This document shows, in pieces, positions 63,318 to 64,000 of a DNA stretch of 64,000 bases (position 1 is its first letter; every line of letters begins with the position of its first letter). The DNA lies in NCBI RefSeq assembly GCF_963921235.1, contig NC_086118.1, forward strand, positions 29,390,001-29,454,000, read 5' to 3'. The stretch comes from Mobula hypostoma (lineage: Eukaryota). The translations under genes and the position numbers were made by a program. The notes under the pieces were generated by a model. The model did no database searches, was not told where the DNA came from, and worked only from the letters and a program-made list of their open reading frames with translations.

Positions 63318-64000
63318 TGTTACATACCCCGTAACTGGGTTGCCAAACCAGCAGAAATGGATCACTCAGTTGGAGTCTGGATTACTAGAACTAAGAAAGT
63401 TTTATTAAAGAAAAAGCAACACAGTACTCTAATCAAAAGGATAATGAATGCAACAGTTCAGCAATGATAAACATACATGTACACAGAATTAAGATAACAG
63501 GATCAATCAAGCTCTATCGTTGTCTAGGGGTAAATGACCAGTTTCAAAGTGATACAAAGTTTAGTTCAATTTAGTTCAGTTCAGTTCACAGTAATCGCTG
63601 CCGTGGCGATGGACAATGGGGGGAAGGAGAGAGAGAGCAAAAACGAATGAATATTCAAGGCTTCCAGACAGACCTTCGCAGTCAGCTTTCAGGGGAGTCC
63701 TTTGTGATGTCATCTGAGGTCACCGACCATGACCCCTCCGTTTCCAGATACGATCGTTTCCCCGCGCTGAACCTGGCACCCAGGCAAGGGTGGACACACA
63801 CCAGGTTCCCGCCGATCATGCCTTTCCACCCTGTGCGTTTATGGCCCGGTACTTCCCACCGACTTGTGAGAGACGCACCGCTTCCAGGGTCTTGTTACCT
63901 CGGGTGTCGTGTGTGTGCTGCCTTAGCAAATCTGTCCCTTTTTATCCCCCTGCTGGGGTATCACCTGTCCATCACTTCAAACAGTTCAGGGTTCAAAGGG
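63318..64000 (-). repeat. 5' LTR (cut by the window edge)
   Basis: About 20 differences from the 3' LTR over ~680 bp by manual count. Confidence 0.93.

Larger units (their letters stand above)
59248..64000 (-). mobile_element. Gmr1-like (Ty3/Gypsy, SCAN-Gag, PR-IN-RT-RH order) LTR retrotransposon, internally deleted and non-autonomous; runs off the window end
   Basis: Two ~97% identical LTRs, PBS, PPT, gag with SCAN-like domain and Zn knuckle, integrase remnant upstream of RT remnant. Confidence 0.92.

Noticed and set aside
59248..64000. Endogenous retrovirus, suggested by the tRNA-Pro PBS
   Set aside because: No env; SCAN-type Gag and integrase upstream of RT indicate Gmr1-like Gypsy

Overview
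Eukaryotic, repeat-dense genomic DNA with no recognisable host protein-coding exon, so probably intergenic or a large intron. The repeat content (CR1/HER1-type LINEs with (catagaaa)/(cataagac) tails, V-SINE/HE1-like SINEs, Rex1/Babar, RTE, L1, Penelope-derived foldbacks) suggests a cartilaginous fish, probably a ray; this is inference. Main structures: (1) a near full-length CR1 (5.2-15.4 kb) hosting a full-length L1, a truncated L1 and a LINE tail; (2) an RTE split by a solo LTR; (3) a nest of three DNA transposons at 40.4-42.8 kb; (4) a twin-primed, 5'-inverted L1; (5) a young non-autonomous Gmr1-like SCAN-Gag LTR retrotransposon at 59.2-64 kb. Most notable observations: a ~143-bp internal inverted repeat in a hAT MITE whose mismatches are almost all G-U wobbles on one strand; a Tigger element that closely resembles mammalian MER2/Tigger3 and a Tc1 end that closely resembles the Sleeping Beauty right IR/DR (both horizontal-transfer candidates); a possible HDV-like ribozyme in an RTE-type non-autonomous element; and decayed hammerhead cores. 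Family matches come from recalled consensus sequences and manual alignment, not from database searches.
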